The notes below the pieces were generated by a model. The model made no database searches. It had not been told where the DNA came from and saw nothing but the letters and a program-made list of their open reading frames with translations. Below are positions 21,476 to 30,043 of a stretch of DNA of 64,000 bases, one piece after another; within the stretch, counting starts at the first letter, position 1; each line of letters opens with the position of its first letter. The position numbers were made by a program, and so were the translations under genes. Source of the stretch: an uncultured Phycisphaeraceae bacterium (GTDB lineage Bacteria; Planctomycetota; Phycisphaerae; Phycisphaerales; UBA1924); contig CBDUPB010000002.1 of the NCBI GenBank assembly GCA_965369025.1, forward strand, positions 580,555 through 644,554, read 5' to 3'.

Positions 21476-21850
21476 TCAGTGGGCGGACGAGTGATCCCGA
21501 CCGGCGGCGTGGTCGAGGTCGTCGCCCTCAAATTCCGCCGGCTCGATGACGCACGACATCGGGCCCTTGCACCGCGCGATGAGCGGATCTTTCCCGAAGG
21601 AAAGCACTTGCTCGCGTTTCAGTTCCGCGAGTTCCTTGTGGGTCGTCAGCAGAACGACCCGCCCGTCGTCGTCGACGCGCTTGGCGACTTGGAACGCACG
21701 CTCGTCGGGCATGGCGAACAGGGTCTTCGCGATGCGGATGACATAGTCGTACGAGTGGTCGTCATCGTCCAGCAGGACGACATTCCACGGGCACGGCTGC
21801 TTGGGGCGGGTGTCGGAAGATGGACGCGATTCGAGCGCAGTGGAACTCAT
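21476..21850 (-). CDS. clpS: ATP-dependent Clp protease adaptor ClpS
   Basis: WNVVLLDDDDHSYDYVIRIAKTLF, AFQVAKRVDDDGRVVLLTTHKELAE. 124 aa. Confidence 0.88.
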   Translation of the reverse strand: MSSTALESRPSSDTRPKQPCPWNVVLLDDDDHSYDYVIRIAKTLFAMPDERAFQVAKRVDDDGRVVLLTTHKELAELKREQVLSFGKDPLIARCKGPMSCVIEPAEFEGDDLDHAAGRDHSSAH

Positions 21851-21960
21851 CGCGTCATGCTATGCGCGCAACCCGGCGGAATGGTGAAGGTCCGAAAAAA
21901 GCCGCGCCGCGACCAGTGACGGCCGCGGCGCGGTCTGTGTCTCGGGATGGACCGCCGGGA

Positions 21961-23034
21961 TCAGCCGCTGACGGCGTCGCCCTTCTCGAAGCGCTCGAGC
22001 GCCTGGCGGAGGTCGTCCTTGTTCGCGGCCGGCGCCGCCTCGATGGCCTTCTTCTGCAGCGCGATCGCCTTCTCGCGGTTGCCCTTCGCGAATTCGACAT
22101 GCGCCAGCGTGTCGAGGATGCCCCAGTCCTCGCCGCCGGTCATCTCGTTCGCCTTCTTCGCGGCCGTGTAGGCGAGGTCGAGGTCGCGGTTGGTCAGCGC
22201 CTGGTTATCGACAATGAACCACGCGAGGGCGTTAAGGCGCTGGGGGCTCTCGGCGGCCGGACCGCGGACGAACTCCCAACCGGTGGCCCACGCCTCCTTC
22301 GGCCGGTCCATGCGCAGCGCGAGGTGCTGGATCTTGGCGAGCGTCATGCTCTCGGTCTGGTAGCCCAGAGCAATCAACTCATCGAGTTTCGCGAGCAGCG
22401 TGTCCCAGTCGCCGTTGCTCTGCGCCGTGCGGGCGGCGGCCAGAATCGGCTGCGCCTCGGCCTCGGCGGCCTTGGCCGCGCGGACCTGCTCGGCCTTCGC
22501 GTTGATGTCGTAGCGGCCCTCGACAACCTCTTCGAGCGACTTGTCGAAGTCCTTGTCCATCGGGTGGCCGAGCCACGCGAGGCGGCCCTGCTGATCGACG
22601 ATCATCACCGTCGGGATGCCGTTCGAGCCCGTCGCCTGCATGAACGCCTTGGCCGTCGCGCCCTCGATGTCTTCCGCGACGCGGTAGAGCATCTTCTCTC
22701 CGGTCTCGGGGTCCACGATGTGCTCGGCGACGAACTCGGTCGTGGGGGTCATGCCGTCGTTGGGCCAGATCGACACGCCCACGATGACAACCCCGTCGTC
22801 CTTGTACTTCTTGTGAAGTTCGTTCACATGGGGCATCGAAGCGATGCACGGGCCGCACCAGGGCGCCCAGAAGTCCAGCACATAGACCTTGCCGGCTTCC
22901 CAATGGCTGACAGGGTCGCCCTGGACCCAGGTGGTGTTGGCGAGGTTCGGCGCGGTGTCGCCGATGGACAGCGATTGCGCGGACGCCGTCGAGACAAGGG
23001 CGGCGACGATGGCGATGGGGGCTGAATAACGCAT
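21961..23034 (-). CDS. secreted thioredoxin-fold protein with C-terminal TPR-like helical domain
   Basis: Signal peptide MRYSAPIAIVAALVSTASAQ and FWAPWCGPC. The C-terminal half consists of helical repeats (LAYTAAKKANE..., LAHVEFAKGNREKAIALQKKAIE). Confidence 0.8.
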   Translation of the reverse strand: MRYSAPIAIVAALVSTASAQSLSIGDTAPNLANTTWVQGDPVSHWEAGKVYVLDFWAPWCGPCIASMPHVNELHKKYKDDGVVIVGVSIWPNDGMTPTTEFVAEHIVDPETGEKMLYRVAEDIEGATAKAFMQATGSNGIPTVMIVDQQGRLAWLGHPMDKDFDKSLEEVVEGRYDINAKAEQVRAAKAAEAEAQPILAAARTAQSNGDWDTLLAKLDELIALGYQTESMTLAKIQHLALRMDRPKEAWATGWEFVRGPAAESPQRLNALAWFIVDNQALTNRDLDLAYTAAKKANEMTGGEDWGILDTLAHVEFAKGNREKAIALQKKAIEAAPAANKDDLRQALERFEKGDAVSG

Positions 23035-23300
23035 GCGCGGGTTCCTTCGAAGAGGCGGTTATCGCGAGAGTGCGCACGGCGCGGTGCGCGTCGCGGGCGG
23101 TTGCGGGTCAACAAGGCGTCGGGCCACAGCCGAAGGGCTGCCCTGACCATCCTACCGACCAAACGGCCTGCGGCGGCAAATCATTCCCGGGAACGGGGCG
23201 CCGAGACCGGTGAAAGCCGTCGCAAACATCGCGATTCCCCGCCCCAAACCCGCGTTCACGAACCCCGGAGAGCGTTCAGGCGTCGTACGATGCTGACCGA

Positions 23301-24563
23301 ATGGGCAGCCGCGCGACGAGACTGGCCGGGAGCGTCGGATGGTTGGGCTCCATGACCCTCCACAGCGTTGTGATTTTTTCCACTCTCGGCATCATCCCCA
23401 TCGGCGCCGGTCTCGACGCGCTCGCCTCCACGCTCAAGAGCAACAAAGCGCCCGACGAGCAACCGAAGCCGGAAGAGCCGCCCAAGAAAAAGGGCATCGA
23501 AGCCGCTCCGCCGCCCCCCCCCGAACCCAAGCCCCCGCCGCCGAAACCCAAGCCCGTCGAAGTCCGCGTGCCCGAGCCCAAGCCGCCCGAGCCGGAGACG
23601 CCGCCCGAAGAACTCGAAGTCCCCGAGGTCACGCTCGGCATCGACGAATCCACCGCCACCGACACCGACACATGGCTCGGCTTCGCGGAAGCAACTCCCT
23701 CCCACGGCGGGCCCGCGTGGGGATACGAACAGGCCGCGCTCACACGCGCGCCGGGCGAGCGCAGCGCGACGCTCGATCTCGAGGCCGGGCTGGGCGCAAG
23801 CGAGCCGAACGATGCGCGAGCCGAACAAACAACACGCGGCACGGACATCGAACAGGGTGACGACGGCGCGGACGACGAGACACGCGAAGGAGCGACCGAA
23901 CCCGCCGCCTTCGTCTCGGCCAGCGCCCTCCCCACCATCACCCAGGCGCCTCAGCCCGAAACCGCTGAGCAAACCAACCCCGACGACGCGACCGGCGTGA
24001 ACGCTCCCGGCGTCGGTGGTCTCGCCGCCAACGCCGCGGCGTCGATCGAACAGGCCCAGGCCGCGCTCGAGGAACTCCGCAAGCGCGGCGACGAGGGCAT
24101 CGCCGTGGCGCTCCCCGGCGGCGGGAAGCCCATCGACGAGACCGCCAAACCCGCCGCCGACGCCGAACCACTCGAGACGAGCGGCGCGGGCGGCGACGAG
24201 AACGCGCACGGCTTCCTCTCCGACCGCGACTCCGACGCGGCCGCGATGGAACAGGCCATCTCGGTCAACCCCGGAAAGCCCCTCGCCGCGAAGGGCCTGC
24301 GCATCCAGACCGTGCGCCCCAAGTGGTCCACCTACGCGCTGGCGACCGCGAACCCCAACGATGTCGCCGTGCGCATCTGGTTCGACTGGACCGGCCGCGT
24401 GACGAAAGCGGTCATCATCCAGAGCAGCGGCCGCGACGATGTCGACCGCCCGATCCTCGACGCCGCGTACAACTGGCGCGCCGCGGGCAAGGAACTGAGC
24501 AAGATCAAGAACATGCCCGACGGCCGACTCCAACTCGTCTTCAAGATTGATCTGGAGCGGTAA
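23301..24563 (+). CDS. TonB-family protein
   Basis: N-terminal TM anchor, Pro-rich spacer (PPPPPEPKPPPPKPKPVEVRVPEPKPPEPETPPEE), and a C-terminal TonB-like domain (VRIWFDWTGRVTKAVIIQSSGRDDVDRPILDAAYNW). Confidence 0.7.
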   Translation: MGSRATRLAGSVGWLGSMTLHSVVIFSTLGIIPIGAGLDALASTLKSNKAPDEQPKPEEPPKKKGIEAAPPPPPEPKPPPPKPKPVEVRVPEPKPPEPETPPEELEVPEVTLGIDESTATDTDTWLGFAEATPSHGGPAWGYEQAALTRAPGERSATLDLEAGLGASEPNDARAEQTTRGTDIEQGDDGADDETREGATEPAAFVSASALPTITQAPQPETAEQTNPDDATGVNAPGVGGLAANAAASIEQAQAALEELRKRGDEGIAVALPGGGKPIDETAKPAADAEPLETSGAGGDENAHGFLSDRDSDAAAMEQAISVNPGKPLAAKGLRIQTVRPKWSTYALATANPNDVAVRIWFDWTGRVTKAVIIQSSGRDDVDRPILDAAYNWRAAGKELSKIKNMPDGRLQLVFKIDLER

Positions 24564-24655
24564 GTTCTGCTCTGTGGTCGTGTCAGAGCCCCGTTCGGAA
24601 TAACGGGGCGCGGACGCGATCGCATGATGAACAGCGAGTGCGCGCGGGCGGCATG

Positions 24656-24775
24656 GACATCGCGCAGCGATGTCCGTGCGCTTCAACGACCATCAGCACG
24701 GTCAACCTTCAGTTGACCATGCCACCCGGATCGTGATCCGTGAGCCACTGGTTGAACTTGGTCAACCAGTGCTCT
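24656..24775. repeat. MITE/REP-like composite palindromic element (copy 1)
   Basis: Contains three hairpins: GACATCGC-GCA-GCGATGTC, GGTCAAC-N5-GTTGACC and CACTGGTTGA-N6-TCAACCAGTG. About 105 nt align in inverted orientation with 52971..53077. Confidence 0.8.
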
Positions 24776-24832
24776 TCGACTGCTCTTTGACGGCGTACAA
24801 GGGATGAGCAGGCTCAATCCGTGGCACACAAA

Positions 24833-24859
24833 CAAAAAACGGGCGACCGAGTCGCCCGT
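24833..24859 (-). terminator. rho-independent terminator after ndk
   Basis: ACGGGCGAC-CGA-GTCGCCCGT (9-bp stem) followed by TTTTTT on the minus strand. Confidence 0.7.
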
Positions 24860-24890
24860 TTCCTATTGCCGACTGCCTATTGCCTTCTTC

Positions 24891-25361
24891 TTACTCCGCC
24901 TTGCCGCCGGACATGTCGTAGACCCAGGCGTCGTTCGGGCGGTTGTACTCAAGAACCTCGCCATTGGCGAAGAACAGGCCCAGCTCGCGCTCGGCGGCCT
25001 CGGGGCTGTCGCTGCCGTGGATCAGGTTGAACGAGTTGGACACGCCGAAGTCGCCGCGGATGGTGCCCGCCTCGGCGTTGCTGCCGAAGGTCGCGCCCAT
25101 CATCTTGCGGGAGATGGCGATGGCGCCCTTGCCGCGGATCGCGAGGACCAGCACGGGCGACGAGGTCATGAACTGCACGAGCCCGGCGTAGAACGGGCGG
25201 GCCTTGTGGGCCTCGTAGTGCGTGGCGGCCAGGTCCTGGCTGATCTGCATCAGCTTGCAGCCGACGACCTGCAGGCCCTTGTCCTCGAAGCGGCTGACGA
25301 TGCGGCCCATGAGCCCGCGCTGGACGGCGTCGGGCTTCAGGATGATGAGCGTGGTCTCCAT
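24891..25361 (-). CDS. ndk: nucleoside-diphosphate kinase
   Basis: METTLIILKPDAVQRGL, RPFYAGLVQFM, NLIHGSDS (active-site His). 156 aa. Confidence 0.95.
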   Translation of the reverse strand: METTLIILKPDAVQRGLMGRIVSRFEDKGLQVVGCKLMQISQDLAATHYEAHKARPFYAGLVQFMTSSPVLVLAIRGKGAIAISRKMMGATFGSNAEAGTIRGDFGVSNSFNLIHGSDSPEAAERELGLFFANGEVLEYNRPNDAWVYDMSGGKAE

Positions 25362-25431
25362 GCGGCGATCCTCTCTCTGGCTGGTCTCAAATGGGAAGCT
25401 GGAAGGCCGAGAGGATAGGCGGCCCGCTCGC

Positions 25432-26163
25432 TCATATGCCGTCGGGCGCGGGGTCGACGTAGCCGGCCATCTTGGCGGCGCCGTACCTCGCCAGCATACC
25501 CCCGCCCAGCCCGAGGAACATCGCGCCGCCCAGCACGATCAGGGCCGCGATCCAGAGGCGGAGTCGGATCAGTCGCGCGTCGGCGCCGGTCCCGGCCAGG
25601 CGACGGCGCGCGCGGCGCATAAAGACGAACGGCGCCGCGAGCGAACACACGAGCCACACAACAAGCACGGTCAGACCCACCCAGATCGTGGCCACGAGAT
25701 CGAGCCCCGCCGCCTTCAGCGCGAAGAACGACGCGAGGAACACCACCGACACCGGCGCGATCACGAGCCACGGGAAATGAAGCACCCAGAGTTCGCGGCG
25801 CCACGCGTCCTGTGCCGCCAGCCGTTTCGGGCGCTCGCATCCGAGCAGCACGACGCTCCCCAGCGCGAACGATCCGAAGCACGCGATCGGGAGCACGATG
25901 GCCCCGATGATCAGCGCGGGCATGTCGTCGTTGCCCCGCATGAACTCGGCGCCCGCGGCGTACACCATCGCGACGAGCAGCCACACGCCGAGATACTTCC
26001 ACGGGATCGCGTCGCCCCTGTCGAGAATGGCGCGCAGTCTGGCCATCGACGGTCGGTCCTGATCGGTGAACGAGCGGCCGCACTCCGGACAGCGCGGCGA
26101 CTCGATCCCGGTCAGGTCGTAGCCGCAGGTCAGGCAGGCGAGGGGGTGCGTGTCCGGCATCAT
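25432..26163 (-). CDS. hypothetical membrane protein with N-terminal Zn-ribbon
   Basis: CLTCGYDL-x8-CPECG at the N-terminus, then about 5 hydrophobic helices. 243 aa. Confidence 0.6.
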   Translation of the reverse strand: MMPDTHPLACLTCGYDLTGIESPRCPECGRSFTDQDRPSMARLRAILDRGDAIPWKYLGVWLLVAMVYAAGAEFMRGNDDMPALIIGAIVLPIACFGSFALGSVVLLGCERPKRLAAQDAWRRELWVLHFPWLVIAPVSVVFLASFFALKAAGLDLVATIWVGLTVLVVWLVCSLAAPFVFMRRARRRLAGTGADARLIRLRLWIAALIVLGGAMFLGLGGGMLARYGAAKMAGYVDPAPDGI

Positions 26164-26300
26164 CGCAAGATATCACTCTTCGGAGGTCGTGAAACCGATT
26201 TCGCCCGGCGCCGTAGAACGGGGACCGACGGCCCAGGCAAGGGCGGCCGGCGGAGGAATGCCCGCCCGGGATTTGACCCCCGGGCGTGTGGAGTGAAGCG

Positions 26301-26825
26301 ATGTTCAAATCCGGATGTGTTGCGTCGGCGCTCGTCGCCGGTGCTGTTTCGTTGGCCGGCGCGAGCGGCGCCCACGCCGCGGTTCACGCGATCGACTTCT
26401 TCCCCGAGGGAGAACAGATCAACAACATCATCATGTTCCGTTTCCTCGGCCCCACCGGGGTGACGATCGAACAGACCCGGCTCGTGGCCGAATTCACGAC
26501 GGCCAACGAGTTCCAGGCCGAGAACATGGTGATGCTGCTCGTCGCGCCTGTCGGCGAAGGGTTCATCTTCCTCACGGGCGCCGACCTCGGCTGGTTCGGC
26601 GAGGGAACCTTCAGCGTGGACATGACCTTCGACGACCTCAACGGCGTGACGGCCCCCGCGCTGTGGGGTTTCGAGTTGTACGGTCTCGACGGCGACCCGC
26701 CCATCTACAGCGGAACATTCAGCGACAACTCGCGCTGGGAGATCATCGGGCCCGATGTCCCCGCGCCGGCCGCGGGCGCGTTGTTCGCGATGGGCGGCGT
26801 GTTCGCGCTGCGCCGTCGTCGCTGA
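26301..26825 (+). CDS. secreted PEP-CTERM sorting-domain protein
   Basis: ATG 26301 with GGAG upstream. Signal peptide MFKSGCVASALVAGAVSLAGASGAHA. C-terminal VPAPAAGALFAMGGVFALRRRR. Confidence 0.75.
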   Translation: MFKSGCVASALVAGAVSLAGASGAHAAVHAIDFFPEGEQINNIIMFRFLGPTGVTIEQTRLVAEFTTANEFQAENMVMLLVAPVGEGFIFLTGADLGWFGEGTFSVDMTFDDLNGVTAPALWGFELYGLDGDPPIYSGTFSDNSRWEIIGPDVPAPAAGALFAMGGVFALRRRR

Positions 26826-26856
26826 TCGACAACCGACGAGGAGAGAGCAAAACGAA

Positions 26857-26890
26857 GCGGGCGGGCTCCGAAAGGAACCCGCCCGCGTTT
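26857..26890. terminator. hairpin between convergent PEP-CTERM genes (candidate bidirectional terminator)
   Basis: GCGGGCGGG-N12-CCCGCCCGC. It is followed by GTTTCGG on the + strand and CTTCGTTTTGC on the - strand. Confidence 0.5.
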
Positions 26891-26928
26891 CGGTCATGAA
26901 GATGTCGGTCGGTCGCTATCCCGGGGGA

Positions 26929-27639
26929 TTAGGCGCGACGGCGACGGGCAGCGACGAGGCCGCCGAGACCCATGAGCGCCGCGGCGCCGGGGGTCGGGAT
27001 CAGGGTGCCCTGGATGACCAGGTTGTCCATGCGGTTGTTGCCGGTCGTCGAGGTGTCGCTGCCGCCGGTGAAGGTCAGGCGGATGGTCGCGTCGGCGACG
27101 CCGTCGAGGAGGTTGGTGTCGAAGGAGTAGAGGGCGAAGCTGCTCGAGCCCGAGGTGGCGATCGAGCCGAAGTTGCCGAGGAGGGCGCCGTTGCTGTACG
27201 CGTCGATGGCGACATTGGTGAAGCCGGTCGAGGTGGCCTGACGGGCCATCGAGAACTGGATGTTCTCGTAGTTGGCGGCGTTGAAGTTGAACTCGAAGTA
27301 GGCGCCGTTGTTCGCGCCGGCGTCGCCGTTCTGGAGGGCGATGGAGCCGCCGGAGGCGTCGCCGAACTGGGCGTTGATGCCGGTGCCGGAGAACGACTGG
27401 AGCCAGGTGTAGGTCGAGCCGTCGTTGGCGAGGGAGTCGCCGCCGCCGACCGTCAGGGTGGCCGTGCCGGCCTGCGTGCCGTTGTCAGCGCCCTGGGGGA
27501 AGTCGCCGACCTCGAAACCGAAGCCGCCGCCGGGGAGGGCGTTGTCGTTCTGGTTCCAGTAGGCGATGATCTCGGGGGCGCCGGCGGACGCGCCGGCGGC
27601 GATCGCGATGAGCGCGGCGCCGATGATGCTGTTCTTCAT
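26929..27639 (-). CDS. secreted PEP-CTERM sorting-domain protein
   Basis: ATG 27639 (MKNSIIGAALIAIAAGASAGA signal). C-terminal IPTPGAAALMGLGGLVAARRRRA. Confidence 0.8.
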   Translation of the reverse strand: MKNSIIGAALIAIAAGASAGAPEIIAYWNQNDNALPGGGFGFEVGDFPQGADNGTQAGTATLTVGGGDSLANDGSTYTWLQSFSGTGINAQFGDASGGSIALQNGDAGANNGAYFEFNFNAANYENIQFSMARQATSTGFTNVAIDAYSNGALLGNFGSIATSGSSSFALYSFDTNLLDGVADATIRLTFTGGSDTSTTGNNRMDNLVIQGTLIPTPGAAALMGLGGLVAARRRRA

Positions 27640-28054
27640 CTCAATTCCTCCACAATCCACGAATGAAACGGTTCCCGGTCGGCCGTACGGTGGCCGGGCC
27701 GGATGAGGGTAGCGTGGCGGGAGCGGTGTCTGGGAGTCATCTCAGGGGGAACGCGCCCGCCGCGCAACATGCCGGGTGACGCTAGGCCCGACGCCGCAAG
27801 CCCGTTCCGGCCCGGCAGTTGACTTCACCGAACCTGAGCGCAAGAAGTGCCCGGCCGTGAAGATACGGTTCAGGATCGCCCGGCGCAACTTTCCCCAAGT
27901 TCACGGAATGGCCGGGTAGAGTCCCTGACGGGCGGCCCGACGGTCGCTATCCTCGGCCCCGCCGGACGCCGCGCAACCCCTGCGCACAACCGCGTTCGGC
28001 ACGCTCGGGAGGATCCCGGGCGACCTCTCTGACGACGACGGAGCGTCCACGACG

Positions 28055-30001
28055 ATGGCGAAAACCAAGCGAGCCGGGGCAGGCGCGGGGGCGCGGGGCA
28101 AGGCAACCGCCGAATCCATGGCGACGATGCAGCGCGAGATCTCCGTGTCGGAGTTCTTCGCCAAGAACCGACACCTCCTCGGCTTCGACAACCCGCGCAA
28201 GGCGCTGCTCACCACCGTCAAGGAAGCGGTCGACAACTCACTCGACGCCTGCGAGGAAGCGGGCATCCTCCCGCACATCATCGTCGAGATCGAGCACCTC
28301 AAGGAAACCGCCGACACGCGCTACCGCGTCTGCGTGCAGGACAACGGGCCGGGCATCGTCCGCGCGCAGATCGAGCGCATCTTCGGCTCGCTCCTCTACG
28401 GCTCGAAGTTCCACCGCCTCAAGATGAGCCGCGGCCAGCAGGGCATCGGCATCTCCGCCGCCGGCATGTACGGGCTGATGACCACCGGCAAGCCGGTGCG
28501 CATCGTGAGCAAGCCGGGCCGGAAAAAGGCCTCTCACGAGGTGATCCTCAAAATGGACACCTCGAAGAACCGCGCCGATGTCGTCGACGACAAGGAACGC
28601 GCCGACCTCGACGAACTCTTCCCCGAGGGGCACGGCACACGCGTCGAGATCGAACTCGAAGGCAAGTACCTCAAGGGCCGCGCGAGCGTCGACGAGTACA
28701 TCGAACTCACCGCCATCGCGAACCCGCACGCGTCGTTCACCTACATCGCGCCGGCGCAGAGCGGCGACGACGGCCCGCGCACCTACGACTATCCGCGCGG
28801 CGTCGAGGAACTCCCGCCCGAGGCGGTCGAGATCCTCCCACACCCGCACGGGATCGAACTCGGCACGCTCATCCAGATGCTCGAGCGGACGGCGAGCACA
28901 CAACTCGGCGCGTTCTTCAAGAGCGAGTTCTCGCGCGTTTCGCCCAAGGTCGCCAAGGAGATCTGCGCCCACGCGGGGCTGACCGAGCGGAGCTGGGTCA
29001 AGCAGATCGGGCACGCCGAGGCGGAGCGCCTCTTCAAGGCGATCCAGGAAGTACGAATCATGGCGCCGCCGACGGACTGCCTCAGCCCGATCGGCCCGCG
29101 CACGCTCATCAAGGGCCTGCAGAAGGGCCTGAAGCCCGACTTCATCGCCGTGAGTTCGCGCCCCCCCGCCGTCTACCGCGGCCGACCGTTCCTCATCGAA
29201 GCCGGCGTCGCGTACGGCGGGAACCTCCCGGGCGATGACTCCGCGAGCGTGCACCGATTCGCGAACCGCGTGCCCCTGCAATACCAGCAGAGCGCGTGCG
29301 CGACCTTCAAGTCCGTGCTCGACATGGACTGGAAGCGCTACGGGCTCCAGCAGCCGCGCGGCGCGCTCCCCGTCGGTTCCCTCGTGGTCACGATTCACAT
29401 GGCCAGCGTGTGGGTGCCCTTCACGAGCGAGAGCAAAGAGGCCATCGCGGGCTACGAAGAGATCGAGAAGGAGATGCGCCTCGCGCTCCAGGAGTGCGGC
29501 CGCAAACTCGGCATCTACCTGCGCCGGCGCCAGCAGATGCGCCGCGAGGGCGAACGCCGCTCGCTTTTCGAGCGCTACATCGGCGAGGTTGCCAAGGCGT
29601 GCGGCGCCATCACCGGGCTCGACCCCGCGCCCCTCTACGAAGCCCTCACCGCGACGGCCGCGAAGAAGACCGAGCGCGCCGACATCGAGATGGACGAAGA
29701 GGGCAACCTCATCAAGGCGCCGACGAAGAAGCGCAGGGACGAACTCCTCAACGACGAAACCGTCTACATGCGCGAATCGCCCGAAGAGGCGGAGAACTTC
29801 GGGCTCGGCAATCAGCCCGCTCGCCGCAAGGCCGCCCCGCAGAACGATGACGACGCCGAGGATTCTCAAGGCGAGGTCGAGCCGAGCGTGATGCACGCCG
29901 ACGCCGAAGCCAAGCCCGCCAAGAAAAAGAAGAAGGTGATCGTGAAGAAGGTCAAGAAGAAGAAAGGCACGGGCGCACAGGCGGCCGGCCTGTTCTCCTG
30001 A
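28055..30001 (+). CDS. top6B: DNA topoisomerase VI subunit B
   Basis: 648 aa. Bergerat-fold N-terminus ISVSEFFAKNRHLLGFDNPRKALLTTVKEAVDNSLDACEEAG, DNGPGI, SRGQQGIGISAAG, and a transducer region. Lys-rich C-terminal tail KPAKKKKKVIVKKVKKKKG. Confidence 0.9.
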   Translation: MAKTKRAGAGAGARGKATAESMATMQREISVSEFFAKNRHLLGFDNPRKALLTTVKEAVDNSLDACEEAGILPHIIVEIEHLKETADTRYRVCVQDNGPGIVRAQIERIFGSLLYGSKFHRLKMSRGQQGIGISAAGMYGLMTTGKPVRIVSKPGRKKASHEVILKMDTSKNRADVVDDKERADLDELFPEGHGTRVEIELEGKYLKGRASVDEYIELTAIANPHASFTYIAPAQSGDDGPRTYDYPRGVEELPPEAVEILPHPHGIELGTLIQMLERTASTQLGAFFKSEFSRVSPKVAKEICAHAGLTERSWVKQIGHAEAERLFKAIQEVRIMAPPTDCLSPIGPRTLIKGLQKGLKPDFIAVSSRPPAVYRGRPFLIEAGVAYGGNLPGDDSASVHRFANRVPLQYQQSACATFKSVLDMDWKRYGLQQPRGALPVGSLVVTIHMASVWVPFTSESKEAIAGYEEIEKEMRLALQECGRKLGIYLRRRQQMRREGERRSLFERYIGEVAKACGAITGLDPAPLYEALTATAAKKTERADIEMDEEGNLIKAPTKKRRDELLNDETVYMRESPEEAENFGLGNQPARRKAAPQNDDDAEDSQGEVEPSVMHADAEAKPAKKKKKVIVKKVKKKKGTGAQAAGLFS

Positions 30002-30043
30002 CACACGCTCCACTCCCCCACTCCCGCGATTGCACGCGAACGG

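Noticed and set aside
26298-26312. GTTCAAATCC, resembling a tRNA T-arm
   Set aside because: It is the start of the PEP-CTERM coding sequence (MFKSG...). No acceptor, D or anticodon arms can be built around it. I found no tRNA-like cloverleaf anywhere in the window.
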